Assembly (NCBI GenBank): GCA_951406725.2
Contig: OX597818.1
Span: 69,192,001 to 69,256,000, forward strand
Direction of reading: 5' to 3'
Length of the DNA stretch: 64,000 nt
Source of the DNA: Octopus vulgaris
Taxonomy: Eukaryota
The notes beneath the pieces are model-generated. The model saw only the letters and a list, made by a program, of their open reading frames with translations. It was not told where the DNA came from and did no database searches. This document shows, in pieces, positions 50,836 to 64,000 of the stretch. A program made the position numbers and the translations under genes. Numbering within the stretch: the first letter of the stretch is position 1; each line of letters begins with the position of its first letter.

Positions 50836-53099
50836 AAATCAGAATTTGGTTCTCTTTATATTTAATCTGATTAATATTGTGTTGTATCTCCGAAATTTAT
50901 CTCTTCATATTTTTACCAGTAATTTATCTGTTCTTTAACATCCAGATACTTCTACTTCCTCGGTGATGGGTCTCCTTCATTTGACTTTGAGGATTCCCGG
51001 ATTCTATTAACATGGAATCAGTTGAGGATCACACAGACATATTTACCTTCAATGCAATTCTCAAGCAGAAACAACATGACACAATCTAAGAAAAAAGTTA
51101 CAACCCAATCCACGACCTTTTAAAAGGTTTCTGTCACCCCTATTTCCTACACAACGCATCAGTTGACTCGAGGCTATAGGACATGACATTGGCCCAAGGT
51201 TCTACGCAGTCATATCGAACTCCAGACCTTGTGGTAGTGAAGCGAAATTACGAACTTCAAAACCATTCAGTCATACCGCACTTACATCTGTGTATGTCTA
51301 CATGTAAGCATGTATGTATATAATGTACATAATGTAGGAACTATATGCGAGAAGTTTGATGTTGCATAGTAATGAAACACGGGTATTAAATGTTGAATGT
51401 ATATTCGCATCGGCTGAAGAGAAATGATTTGGGTATGTATCATTGAATCTGCTATGTTAACCTCTGCGAAAGATGGAGCACAAGTCACAAGTGAGATGAG
51501 AGAGAGCATTTGAGCATTAACAGCTCCAACCGATTTATGCAAGAGAGATCTTTGCAATGAAATTGATATTGAAATGTGAATAGAGTATGAGATACTGGCT
51601 TAAAAAGTAAGTGTTCTCTGCTGACTGTAGAACAACGAGGAGGAAAGAAGAGGTGTGGGGGGAGAGATGTTGATATCTCAAGTTGTTGCACCTCACAAAG
51701 TCAAAGTGACAAAAGAATTACTATAATTCACCATAAATATAAGCCACCCCGATTATGTGCCACCATGAACATAGCTTATTGCATCAGAAGACAGATATTA
51801 AATTCCGACGATGAAAGAAGATTGTGCAGAAAGACCTGACTCAGATGGTTGTCATCTGAGAAAAGGGGTGCAGTTTGACTCAGAATTGTATTGTTTAGAA
51901 TGCTATCACCACCCGATTCTCTTTGAGGAACACAGAGACAGCGTACCACATGTATATCTACATACACTCACACACATATAAACATGCATATGTGTATTAC
52001 TGGTTAGTTGTGTATAAGTTGGAAATAAGCATACTCTAAAAGACAAATTGAGCAATTATATTTTATATTGTTGAGCATTATATCATTTGCTTTGACGTAT
52101 AACAAGTGATAAAGTTACCATTGGTAACTTTAGACATAGTAGCACTTTAGACATTCTGTCCGGAAGTGCAATACCTCTTCTTTTGCAGGAGATGGATGAT
52201 CAAAAGGAGTTACTAGTACTTTCCTGTTTTCTTACCTCTAATCCGAAAAAGGGGACAAAACACGTTATCAAAATGAATTTTCTATCGTGAGGGCAGCAAC
52301 AAAATATCTAACTTTTTTTTTAGTTCAGGAAGGTAGCCAGATCAGATAAGCTCTGATTTTCAAGATTTGCAATCCAATATATCCCAGACATGATCACGTA
52401 AGATATAATAATTAAGATACAATGTATTTAGGACAACATTATCCAATGCATACGTTTTTCTTTTGAAGAGGACAGACTGTGACTTTAAAAAAAATTTCAC
52501 TGCTGTTTCTGGAAGGCAAAATATATGTGAAGAGTATCATTTGAGACATTGTTTAGGGTAATTACGTTGCTAGCTACCCCTATCTTATGTGAATGGAAGC
52601 TTGTATGGGATTATGTGCTTGACTAGTGAAATACAACTTTTATTTCCTGGGATGTAAGCAACCTGATTAACTTCCAAAAGAATGCTTTCGCTCATCTCAC
52701 ACGGAATAATGCACTAAATTTGATGCGGCACTTTGTTAGCTTTTTATTCTGTTATTTTTTTACTTGATTCCCTCATTGGACTACGGCCTTTCTGGGGCAC
52801 CGCCTTAAAATGCTGGCTTTATTATATAATAATTGAATATTAAAATTGTTTTAAATCAGAAATCGATGCATGTATAGCATTTGGCTATCAAAAGGAAACA
52901 GATGCACCAGTGCCGTGCATTCAAAATATTTAAGCTTGCTGTCTTGATGTAGCGATCTCATGCATATGACATTTTTCTTTACCATTGTCATGCATACTGT
53001 TTTAGCCAGCCTAAGAGCCATTTTTGGCGCATCAAATAGATCGTGTGATATTTTGGCCAACCTAAAGAGCCATTTTTGGCACGTAAAACGGATCATGGT

Positions 53100-53276
53100 C
53101 GAAAATCTTAGAGCAAGATTATTTCATTGTTTCCGTGTTTTTACTGTAATTCCTTCTACAATTTCTTTTTGTACAAGTAACCACAACCAAGATATATTCC
53201 ACACATTGCACCAGAAATCTCTGCCCTGTCCACTCTCCCAGCTTTTGCAGGTCCTCAATTTCCTGTTGTGTGTCAC
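53100..53276. repeat. ~180-bp dispersed direct repeat, partner at 54369-54548
   Basis: gaaaatcttagagcaagattatttc..aagtaaccacaaccaagat..tcaatttcctgttgtgtgt in both places. Confidence 0.85.
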
Positions 53277-53773
53277 ATTCATTTTGGCCAATCAAAATCT
53301 AATAGCTGGTGAGATACTTGGGTTGGTATTAAGCAAGTCTAAATCTTTTCGTTCCAATGGTTCATTCACTTGACACCGAATATGTATGCTAGTAGTAGAT
53401 ATGGTTAACCATTCCGTCTCATTCTCACTGATTATTTTGGTTAGCAGACTGTATTGTGTTTTACCCTCGACAAAATAATTTTCCCATCTCAAATACATAA
53501 ACATTTCATCCATTTTCTCATTTACTGATTGTAGTTAGTGTATGTGCACGCATTTTAATCTTCCATGGAAATTATTTCATTTACGTTAACATTTTTCACA
53601 CAAGTAATCAGATTGTTTTCGTGGGAAACTAAAATACCTGTGTACATATAACAAGTGTGTTCGTATAACCTTTACTCCGAATGATGTAAAATAAACTCTA
53701 TTATTTTTCCATTGTGATATTTTCAACGTTGTTTTCCTTGTCTGTATTTTCAAACTACACGCTTTCTAGCAAA

Positions 53774-54176
53774 AGGCGGCAAGCTGGCAGAGTGGTTAGC
53801 ACGCCGGGCGAAATGCGTAGCCGTATTTCATCTGCTGCTACGTTCTGAGTTCAAATTCCGCCGAGGTCGACTTTGCCGTTCATCCTTTCGGGGTCGATTA
53901 AATAAGTACCAGTTACGCACTGGGGTCGATGTAATCGACTTAATCCATTTGTCTGTCCTTGTTTGTCCTCTCTGTGTTTAGCCCCTTGTGGGTAGTAAAG
54001 AAATAGGTATTTCGTCTGCCGTTACGTTCTGAGTTCAAATTCCACTGAGATCGACCTTGCCTTTCATCCTTTTGGGTCCAATGAAATAAGTATCAGTTAT
54101 GCACAGGGGTCGATGTAATCGACTTGTTCTCTCTCCCCAAATTTCAAGTTTTGCGTCTATAGTAGAAAGGATTATT
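53774..54176 (+). mobile_element. SINE tandem dimer (same family as 50081-50835)
   Basis: The second unit restarts at ggtatttcgtctgccgttacg (about 54006). Confidence 0.9.
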
Positions 54177-55215
54177 TTACCAGCAAGATCCGTCGAAATC
54201 TAGTTTTTCAGGCAATCAAAAATAAAGGAAATTATACACAATCAGTTTTGTGTTTATATCTATAAACAATCTCTCAGTTTTCTAAATTATCATTTACAAA
54301 CACTTTTCAAAAGCGCAAAGCACATCCGTAGACCTCACACAACACAACTATGTTGCAACAAAATGGCTGAAAATCTTAGAGCAAGATTATTTCGTTGTTT
54401 CCATGTTTTACTGTGATTCCTTCTACGATTTCTTTTTCTTCAAGTAACCACAACCAAGATGATACACTCCACCCGTTGCGGCGCCAGAAATGTCTGTCCT
54501 GTCTCCACCGCCTTAGCTTTTGTAGGGTCTCAATTTCCTGTTGTGTGTTTCTCCCAATAAAGTCAATATCGCTGAGTCTGTTAAGGTGTGGAAGTCCACA
54601 AAGTATTGACCAGTTGTTCAGCAGGACAACAGAGACCAGCAAAGCTTACCATACGCTGAACTACTATAGCAGAGATGGTGGAATGTTTCAATACATATCT
54701 TTCATCTTGTGCTTATGCCATGAGATGCTTGAAACCCTCAGGAAAAACTTGATGTACAAAACAAAGAAAAATTCAGAAAAATACCCAACAATCTTGTTTA
54801 TTTTAATTTATTGTGTAATAAATGTTAATATCACGCAAGAAATTATTCTAAGGATGCAAGAATGATACAAAGCGCTGCTCTATAGGTTTTGGTAATGACT
54901 ACTTCAGTTGCTTGCTCCGCTGAACTGCATATCGATAGAATAATTATAACGTAAATAGCTGAAAATTCCACAAGCTCTTGTACTCCTCACTGATTTTGAT
55001 TTACAGACAGTTCACCTGACAGGTTTCAGCACAGTTGCCACTCACCCTCACCTCCAAGATCTGGAGTTGCCTGAGGCTATAGGACACTTGCTCAGAATAT
55101 CACGCGGTAGGATTGAACCTGTAACCTCATGTTTAAAGTATGCATCCTAACCACTTGGCCATTTGAGCAACCAATAATAATGCAGCAAATGTACACAATA
55201 ATATATACGCAGTCA

Positions 55216-56012
55216 TCTCTTTATATATAAACGGCAGTTTGTCTGTCTGTGTGTTTGTGTGTCTGTCAGGTTGTACCCTCACCCTGACCACGGCTTTCAA
55301 CCGATTCTTATGAAACTTGACACACACATATCCCAATGTCATAATTCAAAACTAACGCAGCGAAAATTTTAAAAGTTCCCCTAGTTCTGAAAAGAAATCG
55401 ATAAATTCGACATGGGTCGAGAATCTAAGCTTTTATATGCAACACATTTTCTACAGACTGTCTAGGGGACGCAACTCGACCTTTTTAACTCTCGGAACAC
55501 GTGGGGTAAGTATCCCAAAATGTATAAAAATGTACAAAAACGGCAAAAAAGCGGGCAGCAATGTGAGTGACAACAACGAAAAAGTCAAAAGTGACCAAAC
55601 TGAACAAACGAATGGAAAAGGTTTTTTGATGCACACGACAAAAGCGGTTTATAATAAACCAAGAGTTTGCAAGTGGCGTCCGAGGACCCTTAGGGTACGT
55701 CAAAAATTTAAGGTAAAACGTTTGGGGTGGTAGAAAGTGTAAACAAAAAAAGTATTCGAATAACTTGCGGCTGCAGCAGCTATTAGCAGAAGTGGCGGTG
55801 TTGGGGGTAAAGTCTCGAATGTAATTTCTTCCTGGTAGGAATTGGTTGGGTTGAATTATCGATAGCTGTTTGATAGTTATTTGGGAGTGAAGAGAAGACA
55901 TTGCAACCTACACATGCGCCTTCGTTCCCTAGAGGGAAAGGACTAGATTGGGATTAGTCGTTGCCTACTAGGAGCTCTTACATATCCGGGCAACGCCGGG
56001 CTATGCTGCTAG
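55216..56012 (+). mobile_element. Complete non-autonomous Helitron
   Basis: 5' TCTCTTTATATATAA; 3' GC-rich imperfect hairpin tccgggcaacgccggg (55985-56000) eight bases before CTAG; inserted between host A and T with no TSD. Confidence 0.9.
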
Positions 56013-56293
56013 TACAGTATACATACACAGAAATTTATTGCAATCTGCACGTGAATAACAAACACAAACTTTTTTATAAAACCAATATATATATTTTTAA
56101 TGAAATCTCCAAAATATGAGTCTGGTGCTTCTTTTGTTTCATAAATAGTTTGATGAATTTTATTATGTAATTACTATGCAATGCACGAAACAGCTCTGCA
56201 GTCAATGACCGTCATACAAACATACATACAACACACACGTTGTTGGTCAAGCAAACAAAACAAATTAACACACACACATAAATATACACACCT

Positions 56294-56515
56294 ATCATCA
56301 TCATCATCGTTTAATGTCTGCTTTCCAAGCTGGCATGGGGTGGTTGGCTTGACTGAGGACTGGCAAGCTGGGAGGTTGCACCTGGCTCCAATCTGATCTG
56401 GCAAGGTTTCTACAGTTGCATGCCTTTCCTCCAGGAATGTAGTGGGTGCTTTTTATGTGCCACCAGCATGGGTGCCAGTCAGGCGGCACTGGCACTGGCC
56501 ACACTCAAATGGTGA
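56294..56515 (-). mobile_element. RTE-tail family copy
   Basis: Homologous to 2303-2530. Confidence 0.75.
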
Positions 56516-58676
56516 AAATACTTATGTGTATATACAACCATACACATATACAAAAATGCATACGCTTCGTTGCCACACCGCCTTTTACCAACCAGAAACA
56601 ACATAATCTCTCAGTCAATCTCCTTTTCTTCGACACACTCTACCATCTCCATTAGTTCAACTCACACTATTCCCCCTCACCTCCACTACATCCATGACCT
56701 TCATCATCATATCTGCTAGCACAACAACAACAATCACATTTTACTTCATAACAATCGCCTACAATAATCACCACCAATGCAATTCAGAAACACTCACCTA
56801 CACACCTGTCCTCAACAGGACCAGAACACTACCAACATCATCATCATCACCACCATCTTCATCATCATCATCATCACCACAACAGCAGCATCTACTACCA
56901 CATAAAATCCCTGCCTCCCACCCAGAAATCAGCACATTCCAGCAGAAATCTCCATCTGCCTTTATCTTTTATTTTTTCTTCTTTGCTAGATTATTCCTTG
57001 ATTATTCCTTGACTTGGAAAAATGGACTTCAAAACCACGGGAATGATGGCACAAACGCATAGAATAAGCTTCTATACATTTTCTGCACCTAATGTTACAC
57101 AAAATGCTTTACTTATACTGGAAACTATTCTTGAAGAGAACTGCCCAAAGTTCTACGCAGTAGGATTGAACCTGGAACAGCGTGGCTTCCAAGGAAATTG
57201 CTTGACTACACAGCCACGTCCTGCACGCATGTGAACCATTATTCACAACCAAATACCTTCGTTTCTGAAATTCAGAGAATAATAACGTTCAGTTTGTATT
57301 AATCTATGTGGAAGAAGAAAATATATATTCCAGCTTATTAAGACTTACTTTATTATTTTACGGTTTTTTTTTTCATATTTTCATTTATCAAATTTTTTCC
57401 ATTTTTCCACGTTGTTTTCTTTTTCATAGTTTTCCTTCTTCTCTGTCCTTTTCATAATTTAATCATGAAACTTATTGTTATGTTATGATTGGAGAGAGAG
57501 AGAGAAAAAAAATAATAGCATGAAAGTCAATTACCTTTAAAAAATATATTTAAGTTGGGAAAACAAAAATGAGAGAATGTGAACTATCAACAGAATTGTA
57601 AGTAAATTTTCATCAATAAAAGTTCCCCTTCTGATATATTGGAATGAAAATCTCTTCTCTTCTTTTCTTTCTTTTCTTTTTACCAGTTTTGAATCTTGAC
57701 ATTTCGCACAGAGAATACAGACAATTCGAATAGAAATGAGAGCAGGTAGGGACATTTTCCACAAATTATACGAGCAGACGTATTTTGTAAATGTCTTTCT
57801 GGTTCTGTATTCAATGTAAAGAAGAAGAAAAAAAAATACAAGGTAAAGGTAGAAAAAAAAATGAAAATATTATAATTCTATATTTATGTTGAACACAATG
57901 ATATTCTGGTTTTCTAATCAGGAATCTCAAATATGTTTTTACGAAATGTTAAGAAGTAGTTATGGAGAGCATTATATGAAGTTTCTCTTCCTAATAAGAT
58001 TACACAGAGTTAGATTGCAAGATTACATGTAGTCTTTTAGTGATTCTTTTGTCTTGTTTCTCTAAGCTGGTAAAGGGACCAGTTTAGAGTAGTTCCACAA
58101 AGAAAATAATTGGGTATAAATTCGTTCACATCATTCAATATTGGTTTCACTCATTTGTATGGTGCAGCCACTGCCCCCACGGGTTCTTTTATCGTTGATC
58201 ATATTCAGTACAGTGCTCGCTTGAGTTTGGTACATTCTTTCTTTTTTATTGATCTGATAGATTAAATGACTAAGTTATACTTGTTAACACAGCCTCGAGT
58301 TTACAATAGCAAATAAAAACACAAGCATATATATATATATATATACACTCATACATACACACATGGACACTCTCAAAGATATAGATCCATTTATTTTTCC
58401 TTGTGTAGCTTTAATCTCATAGACATAGATGACTCAAAATTTATCTGAACAGTTGTTGAGTTCTTTTGCAGAAATTCTACCTCACAAAGACAAACCATCA
58501 TTTATCCTCTTAGCAACATATTTCCAAGTGGTTCCATATTCCAAATTAGTTCCCATCTACCAAATTATACTCACAAAGCACTAGACAATGCAAAGCTACA
58601 GTAAAAGAACACATGTCGTACATAAATATAATCTATATTATACATACCATATATGAAATAATATATTTGTGAATAA

Positions 58677-58892
58677 AGGCGGCAAGCTGGCAGAAGCGTT
58701 AGCACACTGGGCGAAATGCTTAGCAGTATTTCGTCTGTCTTTATGTTCTGAGTTCAAATTCTGCCAAAGTCAACTTTGCCTTTCAACCTTTCAGGATCGA
58801 TAAATTAAGTACCAGTTGCATACTGGGGTCGATCTAGTCAACTGGTCCCCTCTTCCAAAATTTCGGGCCTTGTGCTTAGAGTAGAAAAGGAT
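58677..58892 (+). mobile_element. SINE monomer (family of 50081-50835)
   Basis: aggcggcaagctggcagaagcgttagc..gagttcaaattc..ctggggtcgat..agtagaaaaggat. Confidence 0.88.
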
Positions 58893-58924
58893 GTGTGTGT
58901 GAATAAAATAATGAGTATTATATT

Positions 58925-59280
58925 GTTTCTTTTATCTTTCAACCTTTACTTGCATCTGTCATTAGAACATGGCCATACTGGGGCACCATCTTGAAAGGTT
59001 TTTAGTTCTTATAATATTGATCTTGTTTGCCAAACTGCTAAGTTATGGAAATGCAAAGACGTGAACACAGGTTGTCAAGTGGTGGTGGTGGGGGGAGAAT
59101 ATTTAGGCAAAATCACATGGTCTTCTTTCAGTTTCCGTCTAGGAAATCCTCTGACAAAATTTTGGTCAACTCAGAGCGCTAGGTGAAGACACTTGCTCAA
59201 GGTGCCATGCAGTGGGACTGAACACAGAACCCTGTGATTAGGAAGCAAGCTTCTTAATCGTATAATCAAACCTGTATCTA
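58925..59280 (-). mobile_element. Bipartite SINE, degenerate
   Basis: ggccatactgggg..ttctttcagtttccgtct..gaagacacttgctcaaggtgcca..gggactgaac. Confidence 0.75.
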
Positions 59281-60377
59281 TATGTTAACAGAAATGCAAG
59301 CTTATATGTAGGACATGTGAATATACATCATATATAAATGTGATATATATATAATATATTTACCTTTGCTCTTTTACTAGTTTCAGCGCAAGGGTGGTTG
59401 CCATGCTTGGACACCACCAACAATGTAAATAAAATACTTGTTATATAGGACAAAGGACCAAGACAACCGGCAATTTGCTGCACTTAAGAAGGTCCCTACA
59501 GCTAAGTAAAATCGAGGCCCTAAAGGCATGTCCTTTATGTCCATGCCCCACCCATCCTTATACACAGTCCTTAGCTGACAAACCCTTTCTGCCTCATTCC
59601 AGCTTTACTATACCCCTTTCCTCATCCATGCTCACCATCTGTTCTATTCCACCAAAATTTCAATATGGCACATCTCAGTAATAACTTATAATGAATCCGA
59701 ATTTTTTCCATTTCACTTTCCTGCAAAACATCAGCCTTAAGGCGAGAAACCAGAAAAGGAATCAGTGTCCCAGCTCTTAATTTGGCACCACTTTATGGTG
59801 GGATTTGACGATTTCCAAAGAACTTCTTCAAGAGGATTCTGTTTGGTAGCCTTTGCACTAACTTGACATGGATTCAACTTGTCCCAGCAACCACTCACAC
59901 TCACATAAATAGCTGCAACAGGTTCTTAAATAGCCATAGAACAAGAATGGTCTCATTTGAGTAACTTTGTCAACCTAACACCTCTACTCAAAAGGTTTTG
60001 AGAAGACTGGTCTAACTCAGAACCAAACTGAGTGAAAGCTTCAGCTTCACTTAGACTGAGCCAAGTTAAGTTGGCCCAAGTGAACTCAGAACACACAACA
60101 AATAGACATGGAACTGTATAGCATAACACTTCTGTTCTGTGCTGACTGATTCTGGTACCATCAGCTCACCATACTTATTGTGTTTTTGTTATCTACAGGA
60201 ATAAAATAACTAAATTTAAAATTAATTCTAAATACAATTACTAACAGCACACAAGTGACCCCTGCTTCATCTCTCATTCCTCACACACACACGTATATAT
60301 ATGTATATATATATATGTATTTATATATATATAGTAGAATAATAAAAAAAGTTCTTGGTATGGTATATGTATGTGTG

Positions 60378-60448
<71 letters not shown>

Positions 60449-60750
60449 TTACATGTATATATATATATATATATATATACACTACAAAAGGAGAAAGTAA
60501 ATAAATATATATATTTATTTATTTACAGTAAAAATATATAAATTTGTCATAGCTATTGAAATCATGAATCATCAGAAAGTGACAATAGAATATACAAGGG
60601 GAACGGGGGAGGAGGGATGAAGTGCGATGGTTTATTGTCTACATAAATGTCTATTATATTTACACATATCTAATATAATATGTGTGAGCGAGGTTTATAC
60701 ACAAACATATAAGCAGTATGAATATCTATGTTATGTACATATATGTATAT

Positions 60751-60784
<34 letters not shown>

Positions 60785-61517
60785 ATGCATATGTGCATGT
60801 AAGTGTGACTGCATGTTTATGTATGTTAACATTGTTTTAGAAACAGAGTTTTACTGTTGTCCATTGAAATTACGAAAGTGTTTTATACATTTATAAACAC
60901 ACACACAAACACACATATATATATATACATATATGCTTATATATATATCTATATAAACATACAGATGTTTATATGTATGTGTGCAATTATATATGCATAA
61001 ATACATACTTTCATATATGTACATGCTTATATATATACATACATTCCTGGTTATGACAAGATATACATGAATACATATATATATATATATATATACATGC
61101 ACAAACAAATGTACATATGTGTATATATGTATATATGTATGTATACATGCATACATACAAACATACATACATATATGTGTGTGTAGTACATTAAGAAAGA
61201 GAAAGGGGGAAGTGAGAGAGAAAGAGAAAGAGAGATGAATGAACTAGATTTGGGCCATATGTGGGTGTGTGTAGAATTGTTCGAGTGTGTGCTGATCTGA
61301 TATATACACTCTTTCATCTTTGATTTGTAGGTATACAAAGGAAACATGAAAGTGTTGGAGATTGACTGAGAAATCTCTTTAAAAATATGTAAACACATAT
61401 TTACTATCCAATTTATCCAGGACCAGAAAGAAATAAAATCTAAATTTAATATCTATCTATTTATCTGTCTATCACTTTATCTTATTCTATCTCTCTCCAC
61501 ACACACACACACACACT

Positions 61518-61554
<37 letters not shown>

Positions 61555-61594
61555 GCCTATGTGTGTATACTCCTATACATAATATATATATATC

Positions 61595-61625
<31 letters not shown>

Positions 61626-61999
61626 GTATGCATACACACACATATATATATACATACACACATATGCACATACCCACACACATTTGAATGTTATGTGTGT
61701 TTTGTTAATTTTTTGGAATCCTTCCTTTGAAGTCAGTGCCTGTTTCTAACAAAGAAACAATCCATTTCCAGAATTCAGATAACAACATTGAAGAATTATT
61801 TGCTGAACTTTAGGAAAACCTTGCAAGGTTTTGCTGTTCTTGCACTTCAATTTCATTTATAGTATTCTGTTTTACCAGGTCACTTTCTTTGGTTAAAAAC
61901 TCCAACTTTTCAAGAGTACTATTTGACATTTTTACAAACCAAGAATTTTTGGTACAAAGGAAATTTATGATCTGGTAAGAGAAGCTGTTATTTTCAAAG

Positions 62000-62480
62000 T
62001 ACAAGGTCTGTTCAAAAAGTCTCCAACTTTATTTTTTCCTTGCAAAACTAATGCTGCAGTGGCGAAATCCTTTGGGTGGAAGGTGACCCCCACCCTTCTG
62101 CACATGCATGAAAATGTGGAAGGCCATGTCAGTTCTCAGCTGTTACACTTATTAGTGTATAGGTCTGTAATGTAGGCTCTTCAGATTTTTGTTTTCATGC
62201 AAGATGACCAAACACATCAATCGGAGACCATAAGCCCATATCTCTTCCCAAGTGATGATGGTCTTCATGAAGTCTGGGTCATGGTTTCCACTGTCCAGCC
62301 TATCCTGAGAAATTTCCATGGGCAGTTGCTTTTACTGCTCCACCAGCACCTTTGGGAGGAATATCGTTGACACTCTCTGCATGCACAAAGCCTCCGTTCA
62401 CATGAAATGCACTGATCTTGTGCGTAATCCCACTTCTTGAGCAATTTCCTGGATTGGTGCAGCCACGTATGAACTAGTTG
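62000..62480. mobile_element. mariner remnant: 5' TIR/UTR (+) joined to an inverted transposase fragment (-)
   Basis: tacaaggtctgttcaaaaagt TIR-like start; minus 62225-62420 gives LCMQRVSTIFPPK..EQ*K..EISQDRLD..PDFMKTIITWEEIWAYG (cf. IITGDE.W). Confidence 0.7.
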
Positions 62481-63007
62481 TGCCTCTTCTTCAACTGATG
62501 TTTGCCCATAATGCCATCCCCAAAACCCTGCTGGGTCTTCTGGATGGTTTGAGCTTGAGTATCACCAAAACTGATGAGGATGCACTACACATCTCTGCTC
62601 TAGGATTAACAGCCAACAACTGACATGGCCTACTAGCACAAAAAGGTTGACATATGCCAAGGAAGGGTGGCGTCATCTCCCACCCAAAGAATTTTACCCA
62701 CAAAGCATTAGTTTTGGCAGGAAGAAAATAAAGTCTGATACTTTTCAGGATTTTCTTTATTTTTCCTTGGTTTTCACAGAAAATTTTCATATTTGCAGCC
62801 CAGCTGGGCTCTGTGATTGCACAAAATCTGCAGCCCAGCAGGCCTTTGTAAATCTATGGAGTTTGTTCGTTGGTCGTTTCATGACTCAGGCTGTTGTATT
62901 TATCCTGGTTCTGGGTGCATTGAGGAATTTTGATGGAAATCTTTGACTCTTATTGCTTCTATTGCAAATTAGGTAAAGTATGTTTTTATGCATGTAAGCT
63001 TTCACAG

Positions 63008-63265
63008 CACACCGGTGCTGGTGCCAAGTAAAAAATAAACACTGATGCTGGTGCCATGTAAAAAGCACTTAATACACTCTGTACAGTGGTTGGCATTAGG
63101 AAGGGCTCCCAGCAGTAGAAACTAAGCCAAAACAGGCAATGGAACCTGGTGAGGCTCTTGTCCTTGCCAGCCCCTGTAAGGCCTGCCAACCCATACCAGC
63201 ATGGAAACCTGACGTTAAATGATGAGGATGATGATGATGATGATGATGAGGATGATGATGATGAT
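63008..63265 (+). mobile_element. RTE-tail family copy
   Basis: tggttggcattaggaagggc..agtagaaac..ccagcatggaaac..gacgttaaat(gat)n. Confidence 0.8.
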
Positions 63266-64000
63266 ATGTTTTTATGCATGCTTGTATTCTTTGGCTGGGT
63301 TTTGCTGTAACAAGCCTGTAAAAGATTTATTCTTAGCTAAATTTTAGTTTTGTTTCAGATGTTTCCATTCGAAGGATAACCACAGTCAGTTTTAACATGA
63401 TTTTAGAGTTTTACGTTTTTCAAGAATGACCCCAGACACAAACCTGGGTATTCCAATGCCCTGCTTATACATATGTCTCTCTCTCTATATATATATATTC
63501 ATTATCTTCCTTTTAAAATTATTTGATTTTTTTCCTACAAAGGGTTTATAATAAAGCAACAGAACTGCAATGGACTGGGAATTGAAAACCATCTCCAGCG
63601 GATCCTTCCACTGCCATCAACAGTTTATTCAATAACTGCAATTCGGTTTTCCAACTTGAGTCCCTTTCTTTTACTATGACCATCACCATTAGTCATTATA
63701 TAGATTTTATAATAACATGATGAAGGCCATATTTCAAGTGTTTACTATAGAAGTCAAGAAATTTCGTCAGTGATTTTGCTGTAGGGCCTATCATTTTGAC
63801 AAACCAATTGACAACAAATTGTTTCAGGTAATTTCTGATAAAGAAAAGACGTAACGTTTTTCTGTTTAGTCATTTTGATTTTTTCCCATTGATTCTATTT
63901 GTTATTTTGTTTAATGCAATAATTTGTGTTAAATTCCTCCTCAACATGAAAAAGAAACAAATTGAAATCACTGTGTATGCCACCACCAAAATGATTGTGA

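Overview
AT-rich, repeat-saturated eukaryotic DNA with no host protein-coding gene I can support. The density of (TA)n/(CA)n/(TATG)n/(GATA)n/(CAT)n microsatellites and the recurrent tRNA-derived SINE families look like an Octopus (cephalopod) intergenic or intronic region; this is inference from pattern recognition, not a database result. Most of the longer ORFs in the track are microsatellite artefacts. Real coding remnants are decayed transposons: RTE-type LINEs (one 5'-inverted), an R4/Dong-like LINE, at least six Penelope-like element (PLE, GIY-YIG) fragments, two mariner fragments and a Helentron-type Rep fragment. There is also a complete non-autonomous Helitron. The most interesting signal is a family, present in three partial copies (about 14.0, 27.7 and 33.9 kb), that reconstructs to a ~600-bp palindrome. 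Two head-to-head tRNA-like Pol III heads are each followed by an (AAT)n spacer, a minimal type I hammerhead ribozyme and a shared tail. One copy has a 13-bp target-site duplication and another carries a Penelope GIY-YIG ORF fragment. Other PLE termini in the window also carry hammerheads, including one fully intact motif at 4400-4481. All translations and alignments were done by eye; boundaries of degenerate elements are approximate.
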